DNA of 64,000 nucleotides, from the NCBI RefSeq assembly GCF_001194135.2, contig NC_068985.1:40013793-40077792 (forward strand). Direction: 5' to 3'. Below the pieces are notes generated by a model. It searched no databases, was not told the DNA's origin, and was given only the letters and a program-made list of their open reading frames with translations. The stretch is from Octopus bimaculoides. Taxonomy: Eukaryota. Positions 1-11,618 of this stretch are shown piece by piece (positions within the stretch are counted from its first letter, which is position 1; every line of letters begins with the position of its first letter). Both the position numbers and the translations under genes were made by a program.

Positions 1-355
1 GTGCGTGTGTGTGTGTATGTGTGTGGATGTGCATGTGTGTGTGGGATTGTGATGTGTGTGGGGTTGTGAGTGTTAGGTACGGGTGCGTGTGTGTGTATGC
101 GCGTGTATGTTTATGTGTGTCTGTATGTGTGTGTCCGTGTGCGTGTGTGTATATTTTTTGTGTGTGCGTGTCCGTGTATATTGTGTATGTGAGAGGTGTG
201 TGTGCGTGTGTGCATGTGTGTGTGTGTGTATGTGTGTACGTGTATGTGTGTGTTTGTGTATGTGAGAGGTGTGTGTGCGTGTGTGTATGTGTGTGTTTAT
301 GTGTGTGTGCGTGTGTATGTGTGTGAGAGCGTAAGGATGTGTGCCAGGTATGTGT
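1..355 (+). repeat. Degenerate (GT)n/(GTAT)n microsatellite
   Basis: Almost pure TG-based sequence. The ORFs here are C/V low-complexity artefacts. Confidence 0.95.
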
Positions 356-900
356 NNNNNNNNNNNNNNNNNNNNNNNNNNNNNNNNNNNNNNNNNNNNN
401 NNNNNNNNNNNNNNNNNNNNNNNNNNNNNNNNNNNNNNNNNNNNNNNNNNNNNNNNNNNNNNNNNNNNNNNNNNNNNNNNNNNNNNNNNNNNNNNNNNNN
501 NNNNNNNNNNNNNNNNNNNNNNNNNNNNNNNNNNNNNNNNNNNNNNNNNNNNNNNNNNNNNNNNNNNNNNNNNNNNNNNNNNNNNNNNNNNNNNNNNNNN
601 NNNNNNNNNNNNNNNNNNNNNNNNNNNNNNNNNNNNNNNNNNNNNNNNNNNNNNNNNNNNNNNNNNNNNNNNNNNNNNNNNNNNNNNNNNNNNNNNNNNN
701 NNNNNNNNNNNNNNNNNNNNNNNNNNNNNNNNNNNNNNNNNNNNNNNNNNNNNNNNNNNNNNNNNNNNNNNNNNNNNNNNNNNNNNNNNNNNNNNNNNNN
801 NNNNNNNNNNNNNNNNNNNNNNNNNNNNNNNNNNNNNNNNNNNNNNNNNNNNNNNNNNNNNNNNNNNNNNNNNNNNNNNNNNNNNNNNNNNNNNNNNNNN
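356..900. other. Assembly gap (N run); further gaps at 11014-11438 and 54392-54473
   Basis: Runs of N. Confidence 1.
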
Positions 901-1051
901 TAACTTAGCGGTTCGGCAAAAGAGACCGATAGAATAAGTCCTAGGCTTCCAAAGAATAAGTCCTGGGGTCGATTTGCTCGACTAAAGGCGGTGCTCTAGC
1001 ATGGCCACAGTCAAATGACTGAAACAAGTAAAAGACTAAAGAGTAAAGAGA
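901..1051 (+). mobile_element. SINE family B (CORE-like), 3' portion
   Basis: taacttagcggttcggcaaaagagaccgatagaataag...gactgaaacaagtaaaagac matches the 3' halves of the copies at 17650, 36443, 37672 and 43760. Confidence 0.9.
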
Positions 1052-2044
1052 GTATATATATATTCTACACTATATTTCAATTAGTTTGCTCTCTGATTCT
1101 CACCAGATGTTCTGTTCCTGAATATGAATAGTGCCAAATTTAATTTGAACTATAAATCTTTTACTACTAAAGTTAATCATATTATGAACAACTAGGTCAT
1201 GTATAGAGGAGTTTAACAGTTAAAAAAAACAGCAACTTATCCTAGCTATTTGATTTGTCTGATGATTGTTTTTAACTGCTCGGCGAATTGAGGCAGTATA
1301 GAATAAAATAGTGTGCTATTCTCAGAAAAACAATAAAATGCTTGGTGTGAATTTGAACTCATGATCCACAGGTACTCCAGTGTTCAATCCCTCCTTACCC
1401 CTCCTTTTAAGAAACTGAGCTCCTGGCTAAATTGAGTTCACAGCTTAGTTTGACTTCAAGTTGTAGCTTGATTTGCATTGGTTATGATCTGAATCTAAAG
1501 TATGAAAATTCTTAAACCTCACACCAGTCTTTCTACTTTAATTTTATGGTCACAGTGTCTATGCAAGTAATTTATTACTATGACAGGGTGACATTTGGAA
1601 TTCAAAGAAAGTAATGATTGTCTGTACCAACAACAATTAGCTCAGTGAAGAGTTTAATGCTATTAAAAAGAAGTCTTCCCACATAAAAAAATATATATTT
1701 TTCCCTTATTATAAATAGCATTTCTTGATAATAATGTAGAACAGTGTTTCCTCCAGAAATATAAATGCTGTGAATTTCAACTCATACCTTATAAGTAGTT
1801 TGACTAATGTATTATCCACTCAGCCATCTCTCTTCATATATAATTTCTGACATGAGTGTAGGAATATATGAGGTCCCAAGTTGAATTTGAACTTGTAACT
1901 TTTATTTTTAAACTAACATATGAATAGGATTTGAACTAAGAGAGTAAAAGGTCATACATTACACATCACAAAATATTTTGTCTGGTGCACTATCAACTTT
2001 GTCATCTACCATCCTTATGTCACTTTGCATACAAAGACCTGCAT

Positions 2045-2225
2045 GAGCCCAGAAATAGCAAATCACACCTCCTCCAAATCACATCCCTAACATCTTAAAA
2101 AAAGAAAAGAGGACATGTTAGATAATGTATCCTAGATTATCCTTAAAGAGATGAGACAGTCATGGTTGGAATGCTTTTGATCACAAGTGTATTTGATCAA
2201 CATTGACTTAGAACTAAACAACAAC
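2045..2225 (-). mobile_element. Old SINE-like family E (degenerate). Other copies at ~11780-12003 (+), 12040-12250 (-), 21725-21915 (+), 22540-22750 (+), 25190-25400 (+), 31545-31750 (+), 42475-42665 (-), 57855-58045 (+), 60250-60530 (-)
   Basis: Recurrent motifs gagcagacctatgatcaaag-cattccagc-atgac, actacattatccaatgt and gatttgag--agatttggct-ctatttctag. Confidence 0.7.
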
Positions 2226-2923
2226 CTCCCTCCTCCTGGCAGTAATTACCCCACATATCTCTCCTTTGCCAGGTGAATATGTTACTGGTTGTACCTCACC
2301 TACTTAAATGCTAATTAAAGAAAGTCATGCTTTATCTTTTAATCATTAACTTAAACATGACTTCTAATTTTCTTACCTCACCTTAACCTTTTGTTTGTAA
2401 TTCTACATGAAAGATTGCATTTGTGAGATTTAGCCTCCAGAAAGTGGTAAGCAACTATTGTTGATAACATTACAATGTTCCACGTATTTATGCCTTTATG
2501 AAACATAAAGTAGATATGCGCATTGTAAATTTGTAAATATACAATCTATAGACAAAGTGAACACCACGCAAAATTATAATATTGTTTTTAATAACAATCG
2601 ACTTCAGTGTGCTGAGGACATTTCTAACAACGGTCAAGAAAGTTTCTAAGTTTCAATTTAGTCTGAGACTATGTACATAAAATATATACAAGAATTAAAC
2701 ACCTGATCATTAAAAGTCAAACTTATTGAAATATGATGTAGGTATAAAATATTGTAAACATACACTCTAAAGATGTAGTGTATTACATGTACCACCGGTG
2801 GTTCATTGCAAAACTTCACATAATTGCCAAATGTACTACCAATGGTACATTTTCATAATTTGAGAAAATATTTAGTTCTGTATATATGACATGGTTTTAA
2901 GGATATTTAAATGAGTGCTAAAT

Positions 2924-3139
2924 ATTGGTTTCAAATTTTGGCACAAGGCCAGCAATTTTAGGGAGGGGTAAGCCAGTTACATTGACTCTAGCGCTCAACT
3001 GGTACTTATTTTATCAAGCCCAAAGGGATGAAAAGCAAAGCTGACATTGGCAGAATTTGAACTCAGAACCTAAAGATGGATGAAATGCCACTAAACATTT
3101 TACCCAACAGGCTAACAATTCTGCCAATTCACTGCCTTT
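2924..3139 (-). mobile_element. tRNA-derived SINE family A. Other clear copies at 5225-5369 (-), 5568-5760 (+), 8060-8265 (+), 13092-13300 (+), 29606-29825 (+), 38444-38655 (+), 48372-48560 (-), 55835-56040 (-), 62420-62600 (-)
   Basis: A-box-like gagctggcagaa and B-box-like gagttcaaattc, followed by a conserved central block gaggtcgactttgcctttcatcctttcggggtcgataaattaagtaccag. Confidence 0.9.
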
Positions 3140-3404
3140 GAGTGCTAAATAAAGTTTAATTATGAAATATTGCAAAAATGCCAAAAAATTACATTTCCTT
3201 GTGATTTAACCATATGCAGTGAGACCAGAAATACATGGTGTCACTGGGAGGTTTCAGTAACAGGCCGTAGCAGTTAACACTGTTATTTTACAGAAAGAAA
3301 TATTCTTAGTTGGAATTCAGTCTGGAATGATGTACATATATCTAGGAATATAACACCTGATAATGATTAGATATCAAACTGATTGAAATGTAATCATAAT
3401 CATC

Positions 3405-3650
3405 ATCATCATCATTTAATGTCCATTTTCTATATCGCATGGGTTGGATGGTTTGACTGAAAACTGGTAAGATGGGGATCTGCACCAGGTTCCAATCTGA
3501 TTTGGCATGGTTTCTACAGCTGGATGCCCTTCCTAATGCCAACCACTCCAAGAGTGTAGTGGGTGCTTTTTACATGCCACTGGCACAAGTGCCAGTTACA
3601 AAACCCCAGCATTGGCCACAACTAAGATCTTACTTAGCCTGACAGGTCTT
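3405..3650 (-). mobile_element. RTE-LINE 3'-end-derived element (family C) with (GAT)n tail. Also at ~39835-40200 (-), 40292-40398 (+), ~49975-50060 (-), ~27450-27600 (+)
   Basis: catcatcatttaatgtcc...gatttggcatggtttctacagctggatgcccttcctaatgccaaccactcc has the same structure as the 3' end of the RTE copy at 40399-41700. Confidence 0.85.
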
Positions 3651-4029
3651 ATACACTAAAGATGATTCCAGAATATCATAATCTTGATAACAACCCACCC
3701 CAATGTGCCATAGTTTAGTGGACATTGGCATTAATACCTTTAGTTTAAAAATAAAGGTTCATGATTTGAATCTGGGATTTGAGATCCTTCTTCTCATCAC
3801 TATTTCAATATCTACTTTTCAATGTTTGACTGAGACAGAAGACAACTTTGTTGCAGCCAGATGCTCTTCCTGTTACCTACTCTCACCTCTTTCTAAGCAA
3901 GTTAATATAATCTATTGAAGAATAAAGAACCTGGACATGCTTTTGTAGAGGATTTTGGCACTATTTGTATGAATGATGACTTTTTGTTTATAATCAATGC
4001 ACATGTCAAGACAAGGAAAATACACACAC

Positions 4030-5220
4030 ACACACATATATATATATATATGCTTGTGAGTGTATTAATCAGACTGGAATTAGCTCTTGCAATGATATTC
4101 TTAGCATGGATCTTTCCATGGCCCTTTGCATCAAAGCCAGTTGATGTTCTTTCTTTGTAGTAGTCCATGTCTCACTTTCATATAAGAATGCTGGTAGACA
4201 GGGTCTGGCATGTATGCTCTTGCCCAACTTTGCTTTGAGCACATCCTTTATTGAGATAACTGCCTTCCATCCTGCCTTTATTCTCTTTTGAGATTTCAGC
4301 ATCCATGTTCAGCACATGCTTACTGTGTTCCCTAAATAGATGTACTCCTTTACTTTCTGATTTCATTGTTTTTCACTTCTATTTAGTCTTGTGTTACATT
4401 TTCAGACTGCATGTATTTTATTTTCATATGTTTCATTTTATGCCTCACTGCTGAGCTATGGGTGTCCAGCTATGTCAACATGGTCTACAGCTGATTTATG
4501 ATTTCAGTGATGAATATAATGTCACCTGTGGATTGGAGGTATGTTAGTAGCTTGCTGTTTATGCTCATGCCACTTGTCCAGTTAATGTCTCTGATGACTG
4601 TTTCTAGATATGTGGCGAAGAGCTTTGGAGAGATGGTATCTCTTTGTTTGACACCCTTTGCAATTGGAACTCTTACTAGTGGTGATAGTAGAGATATCAG
4701 TGGTGTATCCAGAGTTCCCCAAGTGGTTTGGTGTATACTGCTTCAAAAGTGTTTGTATTTCCATTTTGACACTATTGACGGGTTTTTTGTAGTTGACCAA
4801 AGCAATGCACATAGGCAGCTTGTTTTCTTTTGCAGAATCTATTAGCTGTGCTAGTGAATAAGTGATTCTTAGGGAAACCTGCTTGCTCTCTTAGCTACTA
4901 GTCATCTAGATGTATCAATAGACTGGTGACTATGATTTTTGTTAACAGTTTATAGAGGGGAGAAATGGGGCATATGGGTCAATAGTTTCTTAAATTTTCT
5001 TTATCACCCTTATGAAGCAAGATGGTAATTGACTCTTTCCACAGCAAGAGAATTTTATCCTCCTTCAGATAGCAACTGAAGCATAGAATGAGGATTTTCC
5101 ACAGCTCTTCCATGTACCTTAACATCTCTGTTATTTTGCCATCTGTTCCTGGAGCTTTATCTGCTTTCATCAACACTGCTAGTGTTTGAACAGTGCTATC
5201 ACCAAGACATCCTGCAGTAT
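4030..5220 (-). pseudogene. Decayed RTE-clade LINE reverse transcriptase fragment
   Basis: Broken frames encode KAPGTDG, WKESITILLHKGDKENLRNY, CIALVNYKKPVNSV, KGCQTKRYHLS (KGVRQGD-like), QSTGDIIFI (FADD-like), PAFLYESETW and QRAMERSML. Many stops and frameshifts. Confidence 0.85.
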
Positions 5221-6898
5221 GCTTAACTGGTACTTATTAAAATAAGTACCCAGAAAGGATGAAAGGCAAAGTCAACTTTGACAGCATTTGAACTCAGAAT
5301 TTAAAAACAGACAAAATATTGCTAAGCATTTTTTCCAGCATGCTAACAATTCTATCAGCTCACCACCTTAATAATAGTAATAATAATAATAATTATTATT
5401 ATTATTATTTTGATATGCACACAAGGCCAGAAATTTGTGGAGTGAGAACAGTCAATGATATCAACTGCAGTGCATACAAATATAAAGAACCAGGCATATA
5501 CTGGGTTTGATATATAATTGACTGCCCCTACCCAACAAATTTCTGGTCTTATAATTATTATAGATAAAGGCAGGAGTGATTAATTGACAGAATCATTAGA
5601 GAATTAGACAAAATGGCATGTAGTATTCATTCTGACTCTTTACATTGAGTTCAAATCCACTGAGGTTAGCTTTGCCTTTCACTCCTCTGGAGTAGAAAAA
5701 TAAAAATACCAGCCAAATACTAGTAAATATAATTGGCAAACCCTCTCCCCACAAAATTAAGTTTAAATGCCACTGAGGTTGACTCTGCCTTCAGTGTCTT
5801 TGGGAATATCTTGGAAGTCAGCCACTAGAGTCAGCTTAATCGAGCTCATTTGTCCCCTCAAAATTTGAATCCTTGTGACTATGTTAGAAATAATTATTGG
5901 TACTGTAATGATAAGATATTTTGTGTAGCATTGAAAGATGGATGAACAAGTCTGTGTGAAGTTCCAAATATAAAATATTTATTCATTATTAGCAAAAATA
6001 TTGTTGTTAGAATGAATGACAGAAAAGAAGATATTTAAGCCTAGTGAATCAGTCTGTGTGTTTGTGAGAGGTGTCCACAGGGACAGTGGCTGTTGTCAAG
6101 TGGATTGCATTCCTTACTGTTGCATTTTATACTTGAAGTTGAGCGTTATAAATTCCTGCAGCTATTGGTCTTGGATGTCTTATAGCCATTGGCTAGTTAG
6201 TAAATAAACAAACTATGTAAAACTAATGTCTGTCAAAAGGTACCTAAGACAAAATTGCTAATGACATTTCAGTATGTTGTTTATCCACAAAAAAGTATTT
6301 ATTTACAACACAGGAATTTAATGAGTTAAACATCTGTTGGTTTTGCTGGTCAGCTCAGCTATTAATAATAACAACATTTTGTTTCTCATCTGCCAACAAT
6401 ATAATTACAAGTGCTTTTATGCATCATTAGTCCTCATGAGAGTCCTGTCAAGGTAAAATAATGCAGTATTCTCTCTTTTAACATAGCCTCCATGTTAAGT
6501 TGGCTATCAAGATTAACTTTTGGTATTTACACTGCTGCAGTTATTAATCATTTTCAAATTTTTAATGTTTCTACCAGAGATTTGAGTGGTCATTTCTTTG
6601 TTGAAGTCATCAACCCATGACAGTTCTGTTTTTATTATTTAGTTGGTTTTTTTTTTTTTTACATCTGAACACAGTGTTTTGGGATTGATTTCTCTGCAGT
6701 GAGTTGATGTTTGAGAATCTGCCAAATATTCCAGCTAATGAGTTCAATTGTCATTGAATCCACTTTACTCTTCATCTTCACAGAGGTCTATAAATTAACT
6801 GTAATATACCAAGCTCAATCAACTTTTACAAATTTGTGGCCATATGGAAAGATTAAAATATTTATCATTATTACCAATGGTATTGGATAACAGAATTA

Positions 6899-7092
6899 CT
6901 GTAACCCCTCAACTATTGCAAGTATTACGTTCCAAAACCCACCATAATAGGTGAAAATCCGTGAAGTAAAAACAGTACAATACTGTATATTTTTATAATT
7001 TGTATATTTTATTTATTATAAATGCAAAACAACACCATGGAGGAATCAACATAAGCTTAAATAATAAACTGCAATATGGCAAGGGATTACTG
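6899..7092. mobile_element. pogo/Tigger-like MITE with TA TSD
   Basis: TA|ctgtaacccctc ... gcaagggattactg|TA. Imperfect CAGTAATCCC-type TIRs, 194 bp, no coding capacity. Confidence 0.7.
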
Positions 7093-8284
7093 TAGCAGAG
7101 TGCAGGAGAAGATCTTAATGCTTTTAGTTATATGAGTGTACACCAATTTGAGACAGAAAAGAGTAACAATCCCATTGGTGGTGTTTGATCCATGTATCTG
7201 GTGCTTGCCATTGGTCAACATAATTGATTACATGAGAGTATTTGACATTCCATCTTCGAATTGTTTCAACTATCTTCACTGATATTTTATCTCAACAAGA
7301 CAATTTGTCAGTCTTTTATATCACGATTTTAACAGTTCATAACTTCATGTAATAAGATGAATTGAATTACTCTCAAAGTTTCTATATTAGAAATAGCCAA
7401 AATAAACTATTAAATGTTGTGATTAGGAAAAAAATATTCAACTGAGCAAGCTCAGGAAGTTGGTTTGATCTACATTGTTATATATATGTGTGTGTGTGTG
7501 TACATGTATATATACTTACTGAGTTCAAGTTTTTCTTTTACCCCTTTTGAGATCCCTATTGTAAGTATCCATTATTAAAATGAGATCAATTTAATCAACA
7601 ATACTCTTTTCAGAGTTATTAGTGTTGGATATTTAGTTGTGGGTCTTTGTATTCTAAGTTCAAATCATGCCAAAGTAAACTGTTTTACATTTTTCTGGGG
7701 TTAATAAAATAAAGTACCAGCCAAGTACAAGGGTTGATTAAATTGATTACTCTTCTTGTCCAAAATGTAATATAGTAATCATTGATACCATTATGATTTA
7801 TGTAGGATAAAATGTTTTGCTTTATTTAGTCATATCTCTTCATCTTTTCAGTTAAAGTTACACTATGCTCAAAATATATTGCTGATTGAATTGATTATAC
7901 CTCATTCTATAACTCTGTGGTTTTGTGCTAATTTAAGAAGGTGGAATTCAAATCCAGGCTGTTAGCATTGAAAGGTCAATCAAAAAATAGCAGACAAGTA
8001 CCGGAATGCTTTTAATCAACTGCATACCCCCTGCCCAAAGTCTTGGTTTTGTTCTCTGTTAGAAATCATTGGCAGAGTTGTTTGAACATTGAAAAAATAC
8101 CTTACTGCATTTTTTCTGACTCTTTGCAGTCTGAGTTTCAAATCCCACTGAAAACTTTGCTATTCATACCACTGGAGTTGATAAAATCAAGTACTGTGGT
8201 CAATGTAATAAACAAACCACTCTCCTCAAAACAGCATGCCTTGTTAGAACCATTGTTATTAAGAACGGAATGCCAATATCTTAG

Positions 8285-8400
8285 TTACACACACACAAAC
8301 AAATAACCAAAAATCAAACTCAAAAACAACCAATTCATTTTGATGTCAGATTTATTTTTTTTATTCCATCAAAAATAAAAAAAAACAGAGACCTACATGC
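8285..8400 (-). promoter_or_regulatory. Cleavage/polyadenylation site of the SORBS/CAP mRNA
   Basis: The minus strand reads UGUA ... UUUUUAU ... AAUAAA (8365-8360) AAUAAA (8356-8351) UCUGACAUCA|AAA. A U/GU-rich downstream element follows (UUGGUUGUUUUUGAGUUUGAUUUUUGGUUAUUUGUUUGUGUGU). Confidence 0.65.
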
Positions 8401-11400
8401 AATTTCTCTTTGAAGTGGAGTAGGAGGCATTCATTGCGTGTCAAGTTCTGAAAAAGCATGAAACTGTAAGAGCGATAACAACTGGCTTTGGCAGATATAG
8501 CAGCAATAGATGCCAAAATAAACTGGATCTTCATATCTTCCAGCCTAAAACATAACAGTTATAACTGGCATCACTAATTATCTCATGCAGATAACAGTTG
8601 CTAACCTTATAAGCATGATGTTATCATATCAATAAATAACCCATCGTTGTTGATCAGCTTCAGGTTTTTGTTTGGCTTAGCAATTTATTTTCACAGAAGT
8701 CCAGATGATGTAAAATATTATTATTATCATTTTCCTTCCTCTGCAAATTTATTCAAACACTTTTCAAATTCATATTGCAGAGTGGTGTAATATTTTTTTC
8801 CTCATCTGTGGTTATTAAAAGACAACACTTTAAAATAAAATCTTTCTCTTTGATTATTCTAAGAGAATATATCTTATTAAAATAAATAACTTTTTTTTAA
8901 TGTAAAAAAAAAAACAATACAAAACAAAAAATAAAAAGAAGTTGTCTTTATTGGCTAATTAACTGTATCTGCACTGGTCAAATAATATACCATCTAAAAT
9001 CATGCACTAACTTTATTTCCAAATTGCACATGCAAAAGTGCACATGAATTCTATGCATTGCGACATTATTACTCTATAAAATTGTGCTGCTTTATCGTCT
9101 TTCTGTAACTTTAACTGGTAAAAGAAGTACTTTGTTAGTTAAGGAAAACTTTATTCCTGGGCCATGATTTACTTAACAGTGAAAAAGACTCAACTTGTGT
9201 GACATAATGTAAGCCTCACAGGAAATTCCCATTTTTACTTTGTTTAGTTTAAACACTTTAAATTTTTATAACAATAATAGTAAAAACAATAATTAAAAAA
9301 AGAATAGTCATAACGAATGGCTAATTGAAAGGCTTTATATAATTATTAAAAATATATATTTGTAAAGACTGAATTATTTTAAAAAGTGCTTAAAAATAAT
9401 TTATGTTCTTGGAAGTGAGTCTGGGATTTGTTGTGTCTGAATGTAAATATAGGGAGGAAAAAAATATGCCCTTGTTATGAACTTGATTTAAGGCTTAAAA
9501 AAATAAGGAAAGAAAATGAAATGTAGCCATGCATGTATATACAAATAAATATAAATAAGTTGGTGGCAAGATGGTACTGTAAGCCACAAATTCCTGTTTG
9601 TTCTAACCACAGCAAAATCTATGACTATAAAATGTTAGCATGGTGTTGTAACTTTGACAGCTTTTGCGTAATGTTATTAAAATGAATACCTTAAAAGTTA
9701 AATAATATAAAAACAAGGTAAACCAGCAATGAAATGTTGACAGGAAAAAAATCTACATCCAGCATATAGACAATATAATATGATGTGTTGCCAATCTGCA
9801 CTCACCATACGGACAACATCATATGTTGTATGTTGCTAATCTGTACCAGGAAATGTATAATATAATCAGATGTATGCTGTTAATCTACCTCAAGTATATG
9901 GACAACATAATGTGCTGTCAATGAAAGAACATTTCTTTTAGGTAGCACAGGAGTACAAACATTGGTGAACTTTTGTACTGCAGTCAACAAGAGCCAGCTT
10001 GTGCTCAGCAAAGAGGTTCTAGAAGGGAAAATACAATAAGGTGATGATAACAAAAACCAATGGTTAAGAACTACAAGTGGATTGTGGAGATGTTAGGTTT
10101 AAAAAAAAAAAAAGAAGAAAACTAGTTTTCATTCAACTGTTAACAAACATTAATTAAACAGTACACTAGCTAAACAGTCTACAAGACTAATAAAAGAAAT
10201 AGGTATACAATGCTAAGTATACTAGATGATGATTTAAAAACAAAATAGATATTGAAAATTGCCAAATTAAAACCCAGTTTGGAGATTTTAATTTGGTTCA
10301 TGGGGAAAATGATTTCTTAAGGAGAATCAACAGTAAGAATACTGTGTACATGCGAAAACAAAATGAACTCTTCATTATTTAGAGTTTTACTATTTAAACC
10401 CATTTGACCATGCTAGCTTGAGCAGCATATTTTCAAGGAAGGAGAAAATAGTGCTTTTTTCCCTCACTTTTTGATATTTGTACATTGTTAAGTAAACTTA
10501 ACAACTGAATCTCCTTCCCACTGTTAGTTACTTAATTGTGTAACTAAATATGTATCTATATACACACACACACATTTACATATGTTTACATCTGTGTGTG
10601 TGTGCTTTGTAAATATTTTTACTTACAGATAGCTTATACACAAACACATATACATAAATACATAGAGACATACATAGAATAAAAATACTTGCCTTATTCA
10701 TATTATTGTTATCATTATGAAAGAGACAGTGCAATATTGAAAGGGGACGGGATGTTGATTTCAAAAACATAGAACCAAAAGCTGTCAAAGTCATCTTTAA
10801 AATTTGTAGATCTAAAAATCTTAGCCAAACTACAAGAAAAATAACTAAAATAAAGTTTTGAAAAAATTAAAGAATAGAAACTGAGCGTCTGGAATAAATC
10901 TCTGTAGAAATAAAATGGACTCAATGCATTTAATGTGTGTTAGCTAGAATGTCAGGTAAGAGAAATACTATTGTATATGTATATATTTTGTACCTATATA
11001 TATATATATATATNNNNNNNNNNNNNNNNNNNNNNNNNNNNNNNNNNNNNNNNNNNNNNNNNNNNNNNNNNNNNNNNNNNNNNNNNNNNNNNNNNNNNNN
11101 NNNNNNNNNNNNNNNNNNNNNNNNNNNNNNNNNNNNNNNNNNNNNNNNNNNNNNNNNNNNNNNNNNNNNNNNNNNNNNNNNNNNNNNNNNNNNNNNNNNN
11201 NNNNNNNNNNNNNNNNNNNNNNNNNNNNNNNNNNNNNNNNNNNNNNNNNNNNNNNNNNNNNNNNNNNNNNNNNNNNNNNNNNNNNNNNNNNNNNNNNNNN
11301 NNNNNNNNNNNNNNNNNNNNNNNNNNNNNNNNNNNNNNNNNNNNNNNNNNNNNNNNNNNNNNNNNNNNNNNNNNNNNNNNNNNNNNNNNNNNNNNNNNNN

Positions 11401-11618
11401 NNNNNNNNNNNNNNNNNNNNNNNNNNNNNNNNNNNNNNAAGTAGTTCTCTAGATTATTAAAAAAAATATCATTAAAATAAATTAAATAAATAGATTTTGG
11501 CATATATGTAGTATGGCTTCATAAATTCTGCATTTCTTTTTTTTCCATTTTCTATTTTTTTGTCTTGTTTTTTAATGGGGAGCTAATCAGTTCTCTTCAA
11601 TCTTTCATTGCTGGGATC
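8340..11618 (-). other. SORBS1: Putative terminal exon: 2 nt completing the stop codon (T|GA) plus a ~3.3-kb 3'UTR that spans an assembly gap
   Basis: Strong acceptor tttatttattttttccattcttttactttcAG|GA at 11619-11620. I saw no SINE or MITE remnants in this interval, unlike both flanks. It ends at a canonical poly(A) signal. Confidence 0.65.

Noticed and set aside
9-937. Long ORFs rich in C/V or X at the window start; similar ORFs at 10937-11503, 23710-24123 and 59317-59700
   Set aside because: They are translations of microsatellites or N gaps, with no splice or domain evidence.
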